A stretch of 64,000 nucleotides of DNA, from positions 20,522,001 to 20,586,000 of the forward strand of contig NC_043007.1 in assembly GCF_006345805.1 (NCBI RefSeq), given 5' to 3'. The notes beneath the pieces were generated by a model that saw only the letters and a program-made list of their open reading frames with translations, searched no databases and was not told the origin of the DNA. The translations under genes were made by a program, and so were the position numbers. Origin of the DNA: Octopus sinensis. Taxonomy: Eukaryota. The stretch's first letter is position 1, and the number at the start of each line of letters is the position of its first letter. Below, piece after piece: positions 33,738 through 47,705 of the stretch.

Positions 33738-33844
33738 ATCTCTCTCTTTCACACATTACTCTCTCTGTCTCTTCACACACACTAACAGAAGCACTTCACT
33801 TACACAACATACTGTCTGTCTCCCGCACCCCATCAAACACACAC

Positions 33845-33877
<33 letters not shown>

Positions 33878-35929
33878 TGTACACACACAATGCTTCGGTA
33901 ACTTCAAAAGAACTTCCCTCGTCATAAAATCGCTTCCTCTTAGTCTCTTTCGCTCTCATTACTTCAAATGTTCCCGCAAGCCCATATGTAAAAAAATAAA
34001 AGTTTTTTACGGAAATCATCGACGGAAACGTGCTACTACAAACGAAAGATCGCCCTTAAGGCGATATGTGTATATATGTGTGTGTTTGTCCCCCTAGCAT
34101 TGCTTGACAACCGATGCTGGTATGTTTATGTCCCCGTTACTTAGCGGTTCGGGAAAAGAGACCGATAGAATAAGTACTGGGCTTATCGAGTTGCTCGATT
34201 AAAGGCGGTGCTCCAGCATGGCCGCAGTCAAATGACTGAAACAAGTAAAAGAGTAAACTCCCATACTTTGTGTGTGAATGGTAAATGGTAAATGAAAGAC
34301 TGAAGATCGAATATACGAGAATTTTTATTAATCACAATAGTTGTTCCGCTACATCTGGCATCGATCCCTCACAGGTGGGTCACTTAGCAACTGGTACAGG
34401 AAAACAGAACTCAAAACATGAAAATGGGTTTATTTTTTTCTTTAATAATGGGCGCAGGAGTGGCTGTGTGGTAAGTAGCTTGTTTACCAACCACATGGTT
34501 CCGGGTTCAGTCCCACTGCGTGGCATCTTGGGCAAGTGTCCTCTGCTATAGCCCCGGGCCGACCAATGCCTTGTGAGTGGATTTGGTAGACGGAAACTGA
34601 AAGAAGCCTGTCGTATATATGTATATATGTGTGTGTGTGTGCTTGACAACCGATGCTGGTGTGTTTACGTCACTTAGCGGTTCGGTAAAAGAGATCGATA
34701 GAATAAGCTTACAAAGAATAAGTCCCGGGGTTGATTTGCTCCACTAAAGGCGGTGCTCCAGCATGGCTGCAGTCAAATGACTGAAACAAATAAAAGAGTA
34801 TAACCGTCATAGTGACTCAAGGGCTTTGAGTTTCGAGCAGGCGGAATTCCGGATTAAGCACCCCATATAACTCTCATAACTTTTTATTGTTTTAGAATTT
34901 TTAGAAACTTTTTGCGAACTGGTGTTCTGTACACGGGAATTGATACGATTATGCAAAAGACGAAGAAAAAATTAACTTTTGTGTGTGTGATTTAAGGGAA
35001 ATTTAGCTGTTATTTTTAGCACATTTAACGACCACCTGATACTGTCCCCATTTCTTTGTCATTGTGAGATATATTGATTTTTTTTTTCAATATTTTTCTC
35101 CCCATAAGCACAATTAATAGTCCATTGCTGGGATTTAATCAAAAATTTCAGACTCTCTCTCTTTTACTTGTTTCAGTCATTTGACTGCGGCCATGCTGGA
35201 GCACCGCCTTTAGTCGAGCAAATTGACCCCGGGACTTATTCTTTGTAAGCCCAGTACTTATTCTATCGGTCTCTTTTGCCGAACCGCTAAGTGACGGGGA
35301 CGTAAACACACTAGCATCGGTTGTCAAGCGATGTTGGGGGGACAAACACAGACACACAAACATACACACACATATACATATATCCGACAGGCTTCTTTCA
35401 GTTTCCGTCTACCAAATACACTCACAAGGCATTGATCGGCCCGGGGCTATAGTAGAAGACACTTGCCCAAGATGCCACGCAGTGGGACTGAACCCGCAAC
35501 CATGTGGTTGGTAAGCAAGCTACTTACCACACAGCCACTCCTGCACCTATAAACTCAGAATATAAAGAAAAATTGAAAAAGAGCGACAATCTGAGGATTT
35601 ATGGGGTTGGGAGCTTAGAAAATTTTTGTTTAACATTCTTATTGAATGAATTCCGTGTGAAAATTTGATAAAGAAAAAGTTATCAGGGATTATAAGGGGT
35701 GCCTCGAGCATATACAGATATAACGACACAACTGTACCTCCACCCCTGACTTTGTTTCCACATAGCTTTCGAAAATATAAGGACACTGATCGTGTTGTAT
35801 AACCAACTCGAGACGATGTCTCATGGAGCTAAATTACAGCAACATTCGTCCTAAACCAGGACTGCCATGTTATGTTGGCAAACAATCTTTACTCCAAAGT
35901 ACTGTTGCTGAATATCTCACGTTTATTTA

Positions 35930-36535
35930 TTCTATTTTATTTTTATTTTATCTAGTTTCAGCTCACGAGCTGTGGCCATGCTGGGGCACCCCCATTTGGT
36001 GTTGCTACATGATTTTACTTCACGAATGCTTTTTAGCAATTGCCATTTGGTGCATGAGAGAGTTCGATGCAGCTGCCCTCATCTGCACCTCCTGCCGTGA
36101 AGTTGGTTCATCTGGGACACCTGACAGGAAGAGATCCAGTTTTATTTTAAAGACATCTGCATCCACCCCATGCAGGTCTCTCGGGTTCTTCAGAGGATAT
36201 TGAAGAGCTGTAGGCCCCTGAAGCCCAGGCTATCACAGTATCTTGTCCTACATCTTGATGGCAAATTTGGAGTCCTTGGCACTATGCAGTGGCGCCCAGT
36301 TCTAGTATTTGTGTAACTCTCGATGCCAAAGTTTGGGACAAGTCCTTCTAGGATCTTCCAGATGTATATTATGGCATATCTTTCTCGCCTACGCTCTAAG
36401 GAATAGAGTCTTAATCTCTTGAGTCTTTCCCAGTAGCTTATATGCTGCACAGAGGCTATCTTCTTCATGTAGCTTTGTTGGATCGCCTCAAGTTCTGTGA
36501 TTAACTTGACACTGGATGGTGACCATAGCTGAGAG
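35930..36535 (-). mobile_element. CR1-type LINE 3' end (RT C-terminus plus 3' UTR)
   Basis: QLWSP..KLITELEAIQ..ISYWERLKRLRLYSLERRRERYAIIYIWKILEGLVPN..GLQLFNIL, tail (ATAAAA)n. Confidence 0.85.
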
Positions 36536-38058
36536 ATTTACAAATAGTAATTTCTAGCTTTAAAGAATTAGCTATTATTGATAAGATTTTCTACAAATAC
36601 CTTTTAGATGATGTAGAATATGATTATATCAGAATTTATAATGAAAAAATAATTGGGTGACGCACACACATACATACTGACATGCATCAAATTTTCTTAG
36701 AAACTTGAACTTTGGTTTTGTAGATTCATATCATGTTTGTATGAATGTGGACAGGGCGGCGAGCTGGCAGAAACATTAGAACGCCGGGCGAAATGCTTAG
36801 CGGTATTTCGTCTGCCGCTACTTTCTGAGTTCAAATTCTGCCGAGGTCGACTTTGCCTTTCATCCTTTTGGGGGTCGATAAATTAAGTACCAGTTACGCA
36901 CTGGAGTCAATGTAATTGACTTAATCCCTTTGTCTGTCCTTGTTTGTCCCTTCTATGTTTAGCCCCTTGTGGGCAATAAAGAAATAAGAAACGTTTGTGT
37001 CCTTGTTTGTCTCCTCTGTGTTTAGCCCCTTGTGGGTAGTAAAGAAATAGGTATTTTGTCGGCCGTTATGTTCTGAGTTCAAATTCCGCCGAGGTCGACT
37101 TTGCCTTTCATACTTTCGGGGTTGATTAAATAAGTACTAGTTATGTACTGAGGTCGATGCAATCAATTGAGTCCCTTTCTCTGTCCTTGTTTGCCCCCTC
37201 TATGTTTAGCCCCTTGTGGGCAATAAAGAATTGTATGAATGTGGACACGCCCACCTGTTTTTGCACATTAGATTCTGATATAATCATATCCTACACCAGT
37301 GGTTTTCGACCATTTCCCAGCCAGCGCCTCCTAAAAACTATTTTTGACATAAGCTAACTGATAATTGCCCTCCCAAAAATGATAACAAATGAATACCATC
37401 TAAACCTAGCTCTTACTATCTAAACACATACAACCCTGCCATAGACTTACACACTGAAAATACTAACACCGATCGCAAGGGTGTGTGTGTGTGTGTGCAC
37501 AATTGCAGCATGGAAGATGTTAGTAAGCCATTTAACAACAAACAAAAAGCCTTTAGAGTCACTTCGACATTTAAATTCAATTTGTGTCAAAATATTTTCG
37601 TCGCTTTCAAACCACGACCTGTTCACTGACAAAACCTTGTGCTGCATCATATATATATATAAAACTGAGAATGTGTGTCAGTCTGTCTGTCTGTGTGTGT
37701 GAATCCCTAAAACTTGAGATCTACACAACCAATTTCATTCAAATTTTACACATGCCTTACTTAGAGTAACTTTTTCCCTAGGGTGACCCCACAGCAATAT
37801 CATATCTTCTCCACTATTTCAGTATTACGTGTTAAAAGTGAAACAAAAACATCTCTCTATTGTAATGTCAGATGCTTTCACTTTAATACTGAAACTATTA
37901 AGGCGAAACTATTATATAACAGGAATGAACCATTAACAGTGGACATCCATTTTGCTAGAAGATCCGCTATGGTCTTATATGCTACATCACTGGTTTTCAA
38001 TTCATATTAATCAAATTAATATTCAATTTTTCACCCTTATTATTTTAAATTTAAATGT

Positions 38059-38089
<31 letters not shown>

Positions 38090-38115
38090 CGTATACATAT
38101 AGATGTATATATTTA

Positions 38116-38187
<72 letters not shown>

Positions 38188-38559
38188 ATGCATCGTTTCA
38201 TTCTTGGTGGGATGATAGACAACTCAATGAAGGCATTGTTATTGTTTTACTTTGCTTAACCTGTTTTGCGAACTGTCAATATATAGCGGAGTGATACGCA
38301 TTGTGCGTATCCGCTTTAGACACAGCTCATACTGTTTACAAACAAATAGTGCCAAAAGTGGGGATATATTCTACACATGTATACACAAAGATATGAATGT
38401 GTAACATCCCTTCTTCTTGAAAAAAATAAAGGGGTCTTTTGGCAGTGAAGAAAAATATAAGTAGTCTCCCTTACTCTAATGGATTGTCAGCGCAAGGTTT
38501 TCACATGGTTTTCTGCTTTGTAATCTAGCAGAATTAGTTATCTTTTCTTTTTCTTTTTT

Positions 38560-40700
38560 TTTCTCTTTAACGGTATCAAACCGGTGGTAGAAAGTTCGAC
38601 CTGCATCTGATGGATCTTGTGTCCCGCATTGGTGTCTAAGGTGTATTGTTGGGCTGCTGATGGGTGGTTGGTACCCGTTGGAGTGATGATTCTGTGGGTG
38701 TTGTCACTGATGCGGGTGGTATTGTACACGTTATCCTCGACAGCTTTGATGTTGGTCGGATGTAGACCCTATTGCGTCTCAGCTGCCTACCAGATTCCGT
38801 TTATATTATATACGATCTTGGGGTTTCAGCTCTACTGACAACCTGTGCTGGGATCCATGTTTTAGTTATGGGATCTTCAGTATGCACATGTTGTCCTCCA
38901 AGTATCTCAGGTAAGTACTGTGCATGTTTGTTGTAATATTTCTGTGATTGTTCTTAAGTGGCTGCTAGCTTTGCCCTTGTCTCTTCCTAGTCAATAGGAG
39001 GTTGGATCTTAGTTGGCAGGGTGGTTTTGTACTTCCTGCCATTCAGCAATTCTGCTGGGGATTTCATGTCAGCCCTCAGCGGTGTCGCTCGTAGGGACAG
39101 AAGTGCCAGGTGTGGGTCTTCCTTGGTCTCTCGGCATTTGACTAGTGTTCTCTTCACTGTCTGCACCTGTCTTTCTATAAATCCATGACCTTTGGGGTAG
39201 TGTGGAGATAAGGTTGTAATATTGAACCCATACTCATCGGCTAGCTTTTGGATTCTTGTGATGTGAACTGGGTTCCATTGTCACATATGATCTGCTCTGC
39301 TAGAAGTCCTCGAGCCACTGTAGTGATTATTTTGGCTCTCAGGTCTTTCACTTTTCTCACAAATGGAAATTTGGAGTAGTAGCAGGTCATTATCAAATAC
39401 CATTCTTGGCTCTCTGTGAACAGATCTACTCCAACAGCTTGCCATGGCCTTCTTGGGATGTCACCAGATATCATTTCATCCTTTTGTTGTGAGTTTCTAT
39501 ACTTTTGATAGATGTGGCATGTAGAAACTGTCTTTTCTATGTCTTTGTACATGCCTACCCAATATACTGCTGACTTAGCTCGGAGCTTGCATTTATCCAT
39601 TCCCAGATGCCCTTGGTGAATCTTGTCAAGAATCTCTTTTTGCATTGATTGGGGTATAACTATTCGGGATCCAGCCATCAGGATTCCATTCTCCACTGAT
39701 ATATCATCATGGATGGCCCAATATTCACGAATGAGGTGCTGCACCTGATGTCTCTTTTCTGGCCACACTTGAATCACCATCTGAGTGAGGAGTTGGAGTT
39801 CTTCATCTTTGCTGGTCTCCTCTTTGATTTGTGCTAGCTTTGTGTTTGTTGCATTTACAATGTGGTGGACCTTTATGCTTAGTCCTTCCATCTGTTTATC
39901 ATGTGAGGATAGTCTGGAAAGAGCATCCACCAATATCAGGTCTTTTCCTGGCTTGTACCTCATATCGTAGTCAAACTTTTGAAGCCTCAACAGTAATCTT
40001 TGCAGTCTGGCTGGTGCTTTCGTGAGTGTTTTTTCTGTGTATTTGTTCAAGATGGTCTGATTCAATATTGAAATGTCTGCCATACAGGTATGTATGGAAC
40101 TTTTCACATCCATATACTACTGCCAGGAGTTCCCTTTCAATATTTGCATACCTTGTCTCTGTGGGTGAGAGAGCTTTCGAGGCATATGCAATGGGTTTAC
40201 CTTCTTGTATCAATGCTGCGCCAACTCCTCTCATAGAAGCATCGACTTGGAGTGTTACTGGTTTGCGTCTGTCATAGTACTGCAGAGTTGTTTCCTTACT
40301 CTTTTACTTGTTTCAGTCATTTGACTGCGGCCATGCTGGAGCACCGCCTTTAATCGAGCAACTCGACCCCGGGACTTGTTCGTTGTAAGCCCAGTACTTA
40401 TACTATCGGTCTCTTTTGCCGAACCGCTAAGTGACGGGGACATAAACACACCAGCATCGGTTGTCAAGCAATGCTAGGGGGACAAACACAAACATACACG
40501 CACACACATATATACGACAGGCTTCTTTCAGTTTCCGTCTACCAAATCCACTCACAAGGCTTTTACTGATGAGCTTTCTGATTGCTTTGAAATCCTGTGT
40601 GTGTGAAGCACACCAATCAAACTCTATGTCATCTTTGTTTAGTTCTCGGAGACTTGCAGTGTGATCGGCCAGCTTGGGCATGAAGACTCCCAGCTTTTGA
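38560..40700 (-). mobile_element. Decayed Ty3/Gypsy pol (RT end, RNase H, integrase) with a SINE C insertion
   Basis: TLQVDASMRGVGAALIQ..PIAYASKAL..ERELLAVVYGCEKFHTYLYG (RNase H); IHQGHLGMDKCKLRAKSAVYW (HHCC); PWQAVGVDLF and CDNGTQF (integrase core). Frameshifts present. SINE C at 40297-40563 splits KLIS/KETTLQYY. Confidence 0.9.
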
Positions 40701-40863
40701 TTACACTTTCATAAATACAAGATTAAAGAACTTTTAAAAAGCAAACAATTTTAATAATAAATAGACTTTATTAAAGCGTTTACATATGAAAGTGAAATGA
40801 ATTACTTAAAAATCTATTATCTGGTGGATATTTTCTAACAAAACATAAAATGAAAACTTTTCT

Positions 40864-41010
40864 TTACAGATAATTGTCACACCATGTCTTCAGACAATTA
40901 AAGCAATCTCTTCCCTGCTTTGCATTGGCATTAATTGTCTCTGAGATCCAGTCTTTAAACAATTCTTCATCTTTGTTTAGAAGAAGGAACTGACCCAAAA
41001 CGTTATAGGC
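40864..41010 (-). CDS. BANF1: Barrier-to-autointegration factor, last coding exon ([48 protein letters not shown]-stop)
   Basis: Polypyrimidine tract and AG, phase 0 join, total 89 aa as in human BAF. AATAAA on the minus strand at 40767-40772. Confidence 0.96.
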   Translation of the reverse strand, partial: AYNVLGQFLLLNKDEELFKDWISETINANAKQGRDCFNCLKTWCDNYL

Positions 41011-42857
41011 CTGAATAAAAAGAAAAGAGAAAGTGTTAAATTATAAAATTTTGCAACATTTCTAATACATGTTTCTAATACAAGAAAATGGTTGTAGGTA
41101 AATTCCGCCACGGTATATTCTACCATGGTAAATTCCACCCATGGACAGACATCCAAAATAAGCTGCTCCCACTAATAATCACTGTGGTCAGTTTCTCTAG
41201 ATCATTGGTCAATACCTATGTTATTTAATCTGTCTCTCTCTGAAGCCGAGAGAGAGAGAGGGGGGAGAGAAAGATAGAAAGAGAGTCTGTGCCAGCGCCG
41301 CCCTGACTGGCCTCCGTGCCAGTGGCACGTAAAATGCACCATCCGATTGTGGCTGTTGCCAGCCTTGTCTGGCCCCGTACCGGTGGCACGTAAAAAGCAC
41401 CATCCGATCGTGGCCGTTTGCCAGCCTTGTCTGGCACCTGTGCAGGTGGCACGTAAAAAGCACCCACCACACTCACGGAGTGGTTGGCGTTAGAAAGGGC
41501 ATCCAGCTGTAGAAATACTGCCAGATCAGACTGGGCCTGGCGCAGCCTTCTGGCCTCCCAGATCCCAGTTGAACTGTCCAACCCATGCTAGCATGGAAAA
41601 CGGACGTTAAACGATGATGATGATGATGAATCTATTTGAAATGAGATGGGATCACTTTAATGTGTTCCCATTGAGCAAGAATCTATGAAAAAGGCTCATC
41701 ACAAAATTTCAAAAATAAAGTAATTTGGGAACAAAGAAAGAAAAGATTAAACTTTTGTATATACTGTATTCACCACATATATCTTCATGTGATTGTCCCT
41801 TAATTATTTCTCTTTGTATTTATTCCCTTTATTGATATTATTTGTTATGCATTCTTCTTTTATTTCCATAATATCGTAACCCATATAATACAATAACGAT
41901 GATAACAAAAATAATAATGATAACTTCACCCATGGTGGAATTTACCGGTCACCAAGAAAATAGTTCCCAAATATCTCTGATGCAGCTTTTTTTCCAATCA
42001 TTCAGAGATAAGAAAATAAATAGCAATTCTTTAATACGGCAGGACTTGTATTCACAACCTGATATTAGCTCATTTGCATCACAGAACCACAAGAGCCTTG
42101 ATCTCTGATTATTCTAAATACTGTAGCCCGAGACTCTATACATACAAACAAATAGCCATCATGGTTTTATTCAATGTATCCCTTAATCCTTAATTGGGAA
42201 TGCAGTCACTGCAGTTTGTTGTCAAAATAGTTTGCAAGAGGGCCTTCCAGAAACTGACATTTTAGCTCATCTGTCAGTCCTGACTGGGCTGCACATGCAG
42301 AGATAACAGTTACTGTCAGGTTGCCCATAGCTTGTATAAGCTTAATTACTAATCGCCTCAGTTACATCAGCTACCGATCACTAATTTCTCTTCCACACAA
42401 TCAACAGAACACAGTCTTTGCATTTACTGTACATTCACCATGTCTCACTACCATTTAGCATTGTTGTTTGTACACAAGCATACAATACAATAGATCTTTC
42501 ACTCTGAGAGAGAGAGACTTTTTGTTATTAATAAAGCTAATAGCTCTCTGAACAATATGCTTACTTTAACCAACCATTGTTATGCAATGAGAAGAATGTT
42601 GTGCCACCAGCACAGGAGGGGTTAGCTGCCAGGAACAAACTGATCCCTTTATACAGTATCAGTTTTTAAACCAGTGTTAAGGGTACTAAAAGCCTGACAG
42701 TATGAAGGAAGGGCAGGCTTATTGTATGAGATTTTCATCATAAAAGATAATAGTGTTAAGAGTACTAAAAGCCTGACAGTATGAAGAAAAGGAAGATTTT
42801 CATCACAAACTAAATATTCAACTAATATTTTTGGAAAATAGATATTATATACCAAAC

Positions 42858-42980
42858 CTTTTCATAGCCCTTTTCAATCAGTCTGTCTCCTAAAGTATCG
42901 CCAATTCCAGCCAGCTGCTTAACAGATTTATCACCCATAGGCTCATCAACAAAATTTCTGAACTTCTGTGAAGTAGACAT
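42858..42980 (-). CDS. BANF1: Barrier-to-autointegration factor, first coding exon (MSTSQKFRNFVDEPMGDKSVKQLAGIGDTLGDRLIEKGYEK)
   Basis: ATG at 42980, acceptor AG 9 nt upstream, GT donor at 42857. Matches the BAF N-terminus (EPMG.K.V..LAGIG). Confidence 0.96.
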
Positions 42981-43229
42981 GATTTATACCTAAAAAAGGA
43001 AATTGAGAAATTGTTGAAAATATTGGTTTCAAGTTTTGGCAGAAGGCCAGCAATTTCAGGGCAGTGGGTTTACATCAACCCTAGTGTTCAATTGATACTT
43101 GTTTTATTGACCCTTAAAGGATGAAAGGTGAAGTTGACTTTGGTGGAATTCAAGCTCAGAATGTAAAGGCAGACGAAATGCTGCTAAACATTCTGCTTGG
43201 CATACTAAGGATTCTGACTGCTAGCCACC

Positions 43230-43850
43230 TTAACCCTTTAGTGTTTGCATTATTCTGCCAAAATTAATGCTTTTTTATCCACAGGAGTGGCTGTGTGGTA
43301 AGTAGCTTGTTTACCAACCACATGGTTCCGGGTTCAGTCCCACTATGTGGCACCTTGGGCAAGTGTCTTCTACTATAGCCTCGGGCCGACCAAAGCCTTG
43401 TGAGTGGATTTGGTAGACGGAAACTGAAAGAAGCCCGTCGTATATATCTATATATATGCGTGTGTGTGTTTGTGTGTCTGTGTTTGTCCCCTTAGCATTG
43501 CTTGACAACCGGTGCTGGTGTGTTTAGGTCCCCGTTACTTAGCGGTTCGGTAAAAAGAGACCGAAAGAATAAGTACTGGGCTTACAAAAAGAATAAGTCC
43601 CGGGGTCGAGTTGCTCGATTAAAGGCGGTGCTCCAGCATGGCCGCAGTCAAATGACTGAACCAAGTAAAAGAGTATTGTTTTGAACTAATCATGCATTAT
43701 CTTGGTGCCATGAGACTTTGATGAGGTAGCTGTTAATTTTTAAAACGATATTGTAGGGTTGGTGTGAGAGACCAGATATGGCCAGTTTAAACATAAAATA
43801 AGCAGAATACTTTTGGTCAGATATGGCCGATTTAAATGCTAAAGGGTTAA
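43230..43850 (-). mobile_element. TTAA-flanked MITE family 1 containing a full SINE C (43281-43675)
   Basis: TTAA-CCCTTTAG...CTAAAGGG-TTAA, inverted relative to 1-227. Confidence 0.75.
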
Positions 43851-44519
43851 TCCTTGGAAATATTGTCCAATAAATATAAGCTTTCCATCATTGTTTTTTT
43901 GTTTTCTTTTGTTGTTACATTAACGCCTGTTTGTTGATGTATGTGGGTAGCTTCAAGCCAGAATAAATGCAAAGTAAAAAGAAAAGACAAAAACTAAATT
44001 ACTACATTTTCAACTGTTATATATAATCACTTAAACGACACTTTTGATTGTATATTCAACTTGTGTTTATTATATAAATAACTCTGTTGGCCTTATATCT
44101 ATAATGTGCTGTATAATAAACATTCATCACAGGAGTGGCTGTGTGGTAAGTAGCTTGCTAACCAACCACATGGTTCTGGGTTCAATCCCACTGCGTGGCA
44201 TCTTGGGCAAGTGTCTTCTGCTATAGCCCCGGGCCGACCAATGTCTTGTGAGTGGATTTGGTAGATGGAAACTGAAAGAAGCCTGTCATATATATGTATA
44301 TATATATATGTATGTGTGTTTGTCCCCCTAGCATTGCTTGACAACCGATGCTGGTGTGTTTACGTCCCCGTAACTTAGCGGTTCGGCAAAAGAGACCGAT
44401 AGAATAAGTACTGGGCTTACAAAGAATAAGTCCCGGGGTCAATTTGCTCGACTAAAGGTGGTGCTCCAGCATGGCCGCAGTCAAATGACTGAAACAAGTA
44501 AAAGAGTAATTAACATCCA

Positions 44520-45550
44520 TCGTCTGAACTTCCTCCATCCTATTCTTATTCTAGCCATCACACACTCTGTGCATCTTCTCCCACTGTGAATTTGGTCCCC
44601 TAAGTAGCAGAAATTATCTACTACTTTGAATGAGCTGCCAGGGCATTTGAGAGAATCAATTTCCCGAGTCTCTAAAAGTTTTTATGGCTCCTGTGCGTCT
44701 TCCACACATGCAAAATATCTTCTTTGATAACCTTCCTATTAATCTACTGCACCTCTTGCGTGTCCACAGCTTACACTGGGTACACAGTATGGAGTTCCTG
44801 CAAATCAAACAGGGCAACCAACCTGAGAGGGGTAAAATCTAGTCAGTTCTTTTGCTTACTAGGACCTTAGTCTTTGATAACTTAATCTGAAGGCCTTTAG
44901 ACCCCAGGTTTTTCTTCCACACCTGGAATTTCTCGTCTAGCTCTGATATGGAATCTGCTGTGAGGGCAAGATCATCAGCATATAGTAATCTCCAGGGGCT
45001 GCTGGTCTTGAATTCCTGTCGTGGCACGTTAAAAGCACCAACCGATCGTGGCTGATGCCAGACCCCCCCTGGCACCTGTGCAGGTGGCACGTAAAAAGCA
45101 CCCACTACACTCGCAGAGTGGTTGGCGTTAGGAAGGGCATCCAGCTGTAGAAACACTGCCAGATCAGACTGGAGCCTGGTGCAGCCTCCTGGCTTCCCAG
45201 ACCCCGGTCGAACCGTCCAACCCGTGCTAGCGCGGAAAACGGACGTTAGATGATGATGATGACCTGCAAGACAATGAGGAAAAGGAGGAGACTAAGGACT
45301 GAGCCTTGATGAACCCCTGTGGCTAACACTCACCTTACTACATGGCTTGTAGAGCTTTCAACACCAATCCCAAACCTCCTCAGGGCCCACCATATTACTC
45401 AGTGGGTCACTTGATCAAAGGCTTTATCTAGATCAATGAATGTCAGGTACAATGGTCTACTCTTAGCTAAATACTTCTCTTGCAGTAGTCTATGAAATTA
45501 GTGTCAGTAGTGCTTCCTCCCTGAACAAAGTCAAACTGCAGTTCATCTAG
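44520..45550 (-). mobile_element. Decayed RTE-clade reverse transcriptase fragment interrupted by a 3' UTR-type repeat (45020-45262)
   Basis: Minus strand PWRLLYADDLAL..KTKVLVS, VDNFCYLGDQI, and a QF.FV.G.STTD-like region upstream. Confidence 0.8.
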
Positions 45551-47705
45551 CCCAGGGATGGGCAACTTTTCGTCAACTGGGGGCCGCATCGTACCATTTC
45601 TAAGTGGGAGACGGCCGCATGATAAAACACACGCATGTAATATTACTTGCCCACTTTACACTGAATTTTTTGCAGTTCTTAATTCTATTTGTCTTAGTAT
45701 GAAAGTTTACATTAAGCTGGTATCTCTTTCATTATCTCCTAATGATAATAATGATGATTACTAGTGTAAATAAATTATAGTTTCAGAATCTCTGCAGCCA
45801 AAAAAGTGGGAAAGACTTCCACCCGTCCCCGTACCCTCATTTTCTCGCAAATTAGTTTATTTTTGTAATTTTTTTTTGCCAGAAATCCACGTTTTCGGAT
45901 ACGGAGGTTCCGGAAAATTGCCAAAAATCGGGATTGTGAAAACCCCACCCCAGCTTCCCTCCAACTTCATCAATTTTGACCCCCCCCCCCCACTAGCCCT
46001 AAAAGCGTAACCGTAAGTACAGAAATGTTTTGAAATTTTTGTCCGAATCACGATGTCCATATTTTTCCGTAGATTGTGAAAAAAAAAAAAGAAAAAAAAA
46101 AGGTTGTGAAAAAAGTTTAAAATGAAGGAAATGGGGGTGGGGTGGGGTGGGGTGGTAATTTAGAAATGTCGATTTTTGCCAATATTTTTGCAGATCCGTA
46201 TTCCGGGCAGCCGAAAGTGGGTTTCTGTAGGAAGAAAAAAAAAAAAAAAACCCTCCGAAAGCAGATGCGGTCCATGTCGGCTTTGTTCGCCAAAAAGGCA
46301 GTTGAATGAAAGAAAGTGAAAGAAAAGCATGAAATCGTCAGTAACTAAAAATCTTGTTTCTTCTTCTTCTTCTTCTCCTCTAAAACAGAAAGAATGTTTA
46401 TTTATAACTGGAAGAAATGGCTGAACAAGTGAAACTCGAGGCATCTCGCACGGAACTTCAGAGAATTTCTAAAGTTTATCTCTTTGTAATGATTATGGCA
46501 AAAATCCAACTAAAAATTTAAAAAATTGATAAAGAATAAGCGATATCGTGACAAATCAACTATTGTAATGTAAAATGCTAGATGTACATTAAACCATGCC
46601 ATATCGCGGTTCATCATTTAAACTTGCATCTACAAATTATAAAAAAAATATACAGTAGTTTCTACTAGGCGGATTTTTCACTAATCGCGGGATGTTTTGG
46701 AATGTAAAACCCGCGATAGTCGAGGGATAATTGCACTGTTTAAATGACCGGTTAATAGTTATAACAGTGACAAATGTAAAACAGACTGCCCTGTTCTTAG
46801 TTTATACCAAGTCAATATAACCTTTGGTCAATATAAAGTTTGAGACCCGCGACCGCATCTTTTTCGTTCTTCTACTTCCATTTTGTTGACGAAGTTTATT
46901 CAGCTTTTACAGAATAGTTTTCATCCAGTAATAAATATTTAGCTGAATAAAAATCACTAATTAATTTTGGTCATTGCCACAGCCTTTTCATGTCTTTATG
47001 TATAGAAAAATATAGGAAGAACTGTTTATTGATTTCGGAAAACAAAGACAAACAATGAGTAGAAACACTAAAACACAAATCTTGCATCATTTTCCAAACA
47101 TAAAGGAAAACATGAGATTTTCTGCAAAAGTGAAAGAAAAAGGCAAGAAGTCGAGAGGTTACACTGAAGATTTTAGCCACTAAACTATAATTTAGCCATT
47201 GTTGATAACAATGATGTTATTACTGCTGTTCAGCCAGAGATCTTCCCTGAATGAACAAACCCAGTGATCAAAAGTGTCCTAGGTATTAGGACACATTATT
47301 TCTCCCCACCCCGTCAGAAATTGCGTATTTAGGACTACACGTCATATTATAGCTTTTGAAGGCAATTATGGACAATAAGAATATATAAATATATTATCTG
47401 GGGTTTCATTATGGAAAACAAAGTTACAGTAGATGATTGTGACGGTTACAATAATTCTAGGACCGAAACCGTATTTAATTAGGTAAAAACTTAATGAACT
47501 AAAAAAAAAAAAAAAAAGGAAGTCGCGAGCGCGTAAAAACGTTGAATGTAATCAGAATACATTTTCTATAGTTACAGTAAACTCTGGTAAATTACTTGCA
47601 GTTGCTATTAGAAAAGGTATAAAGTGGGATACATTGGTGTTATTCAATAATAAAATAAGTTATTTATCGCAAGAATTCCCTTTAAATCAAAGCTGGGAGA
47701 CTTAC

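Noticed and set aside
46407-46520. Short + strand ORF MAEQVKLEASRTELQRISK (and MSRNTKTQILHH at about 47056) as first exons of another gene
   Set aside because: No recognisable homology, no good donor site and no downstream exons found.
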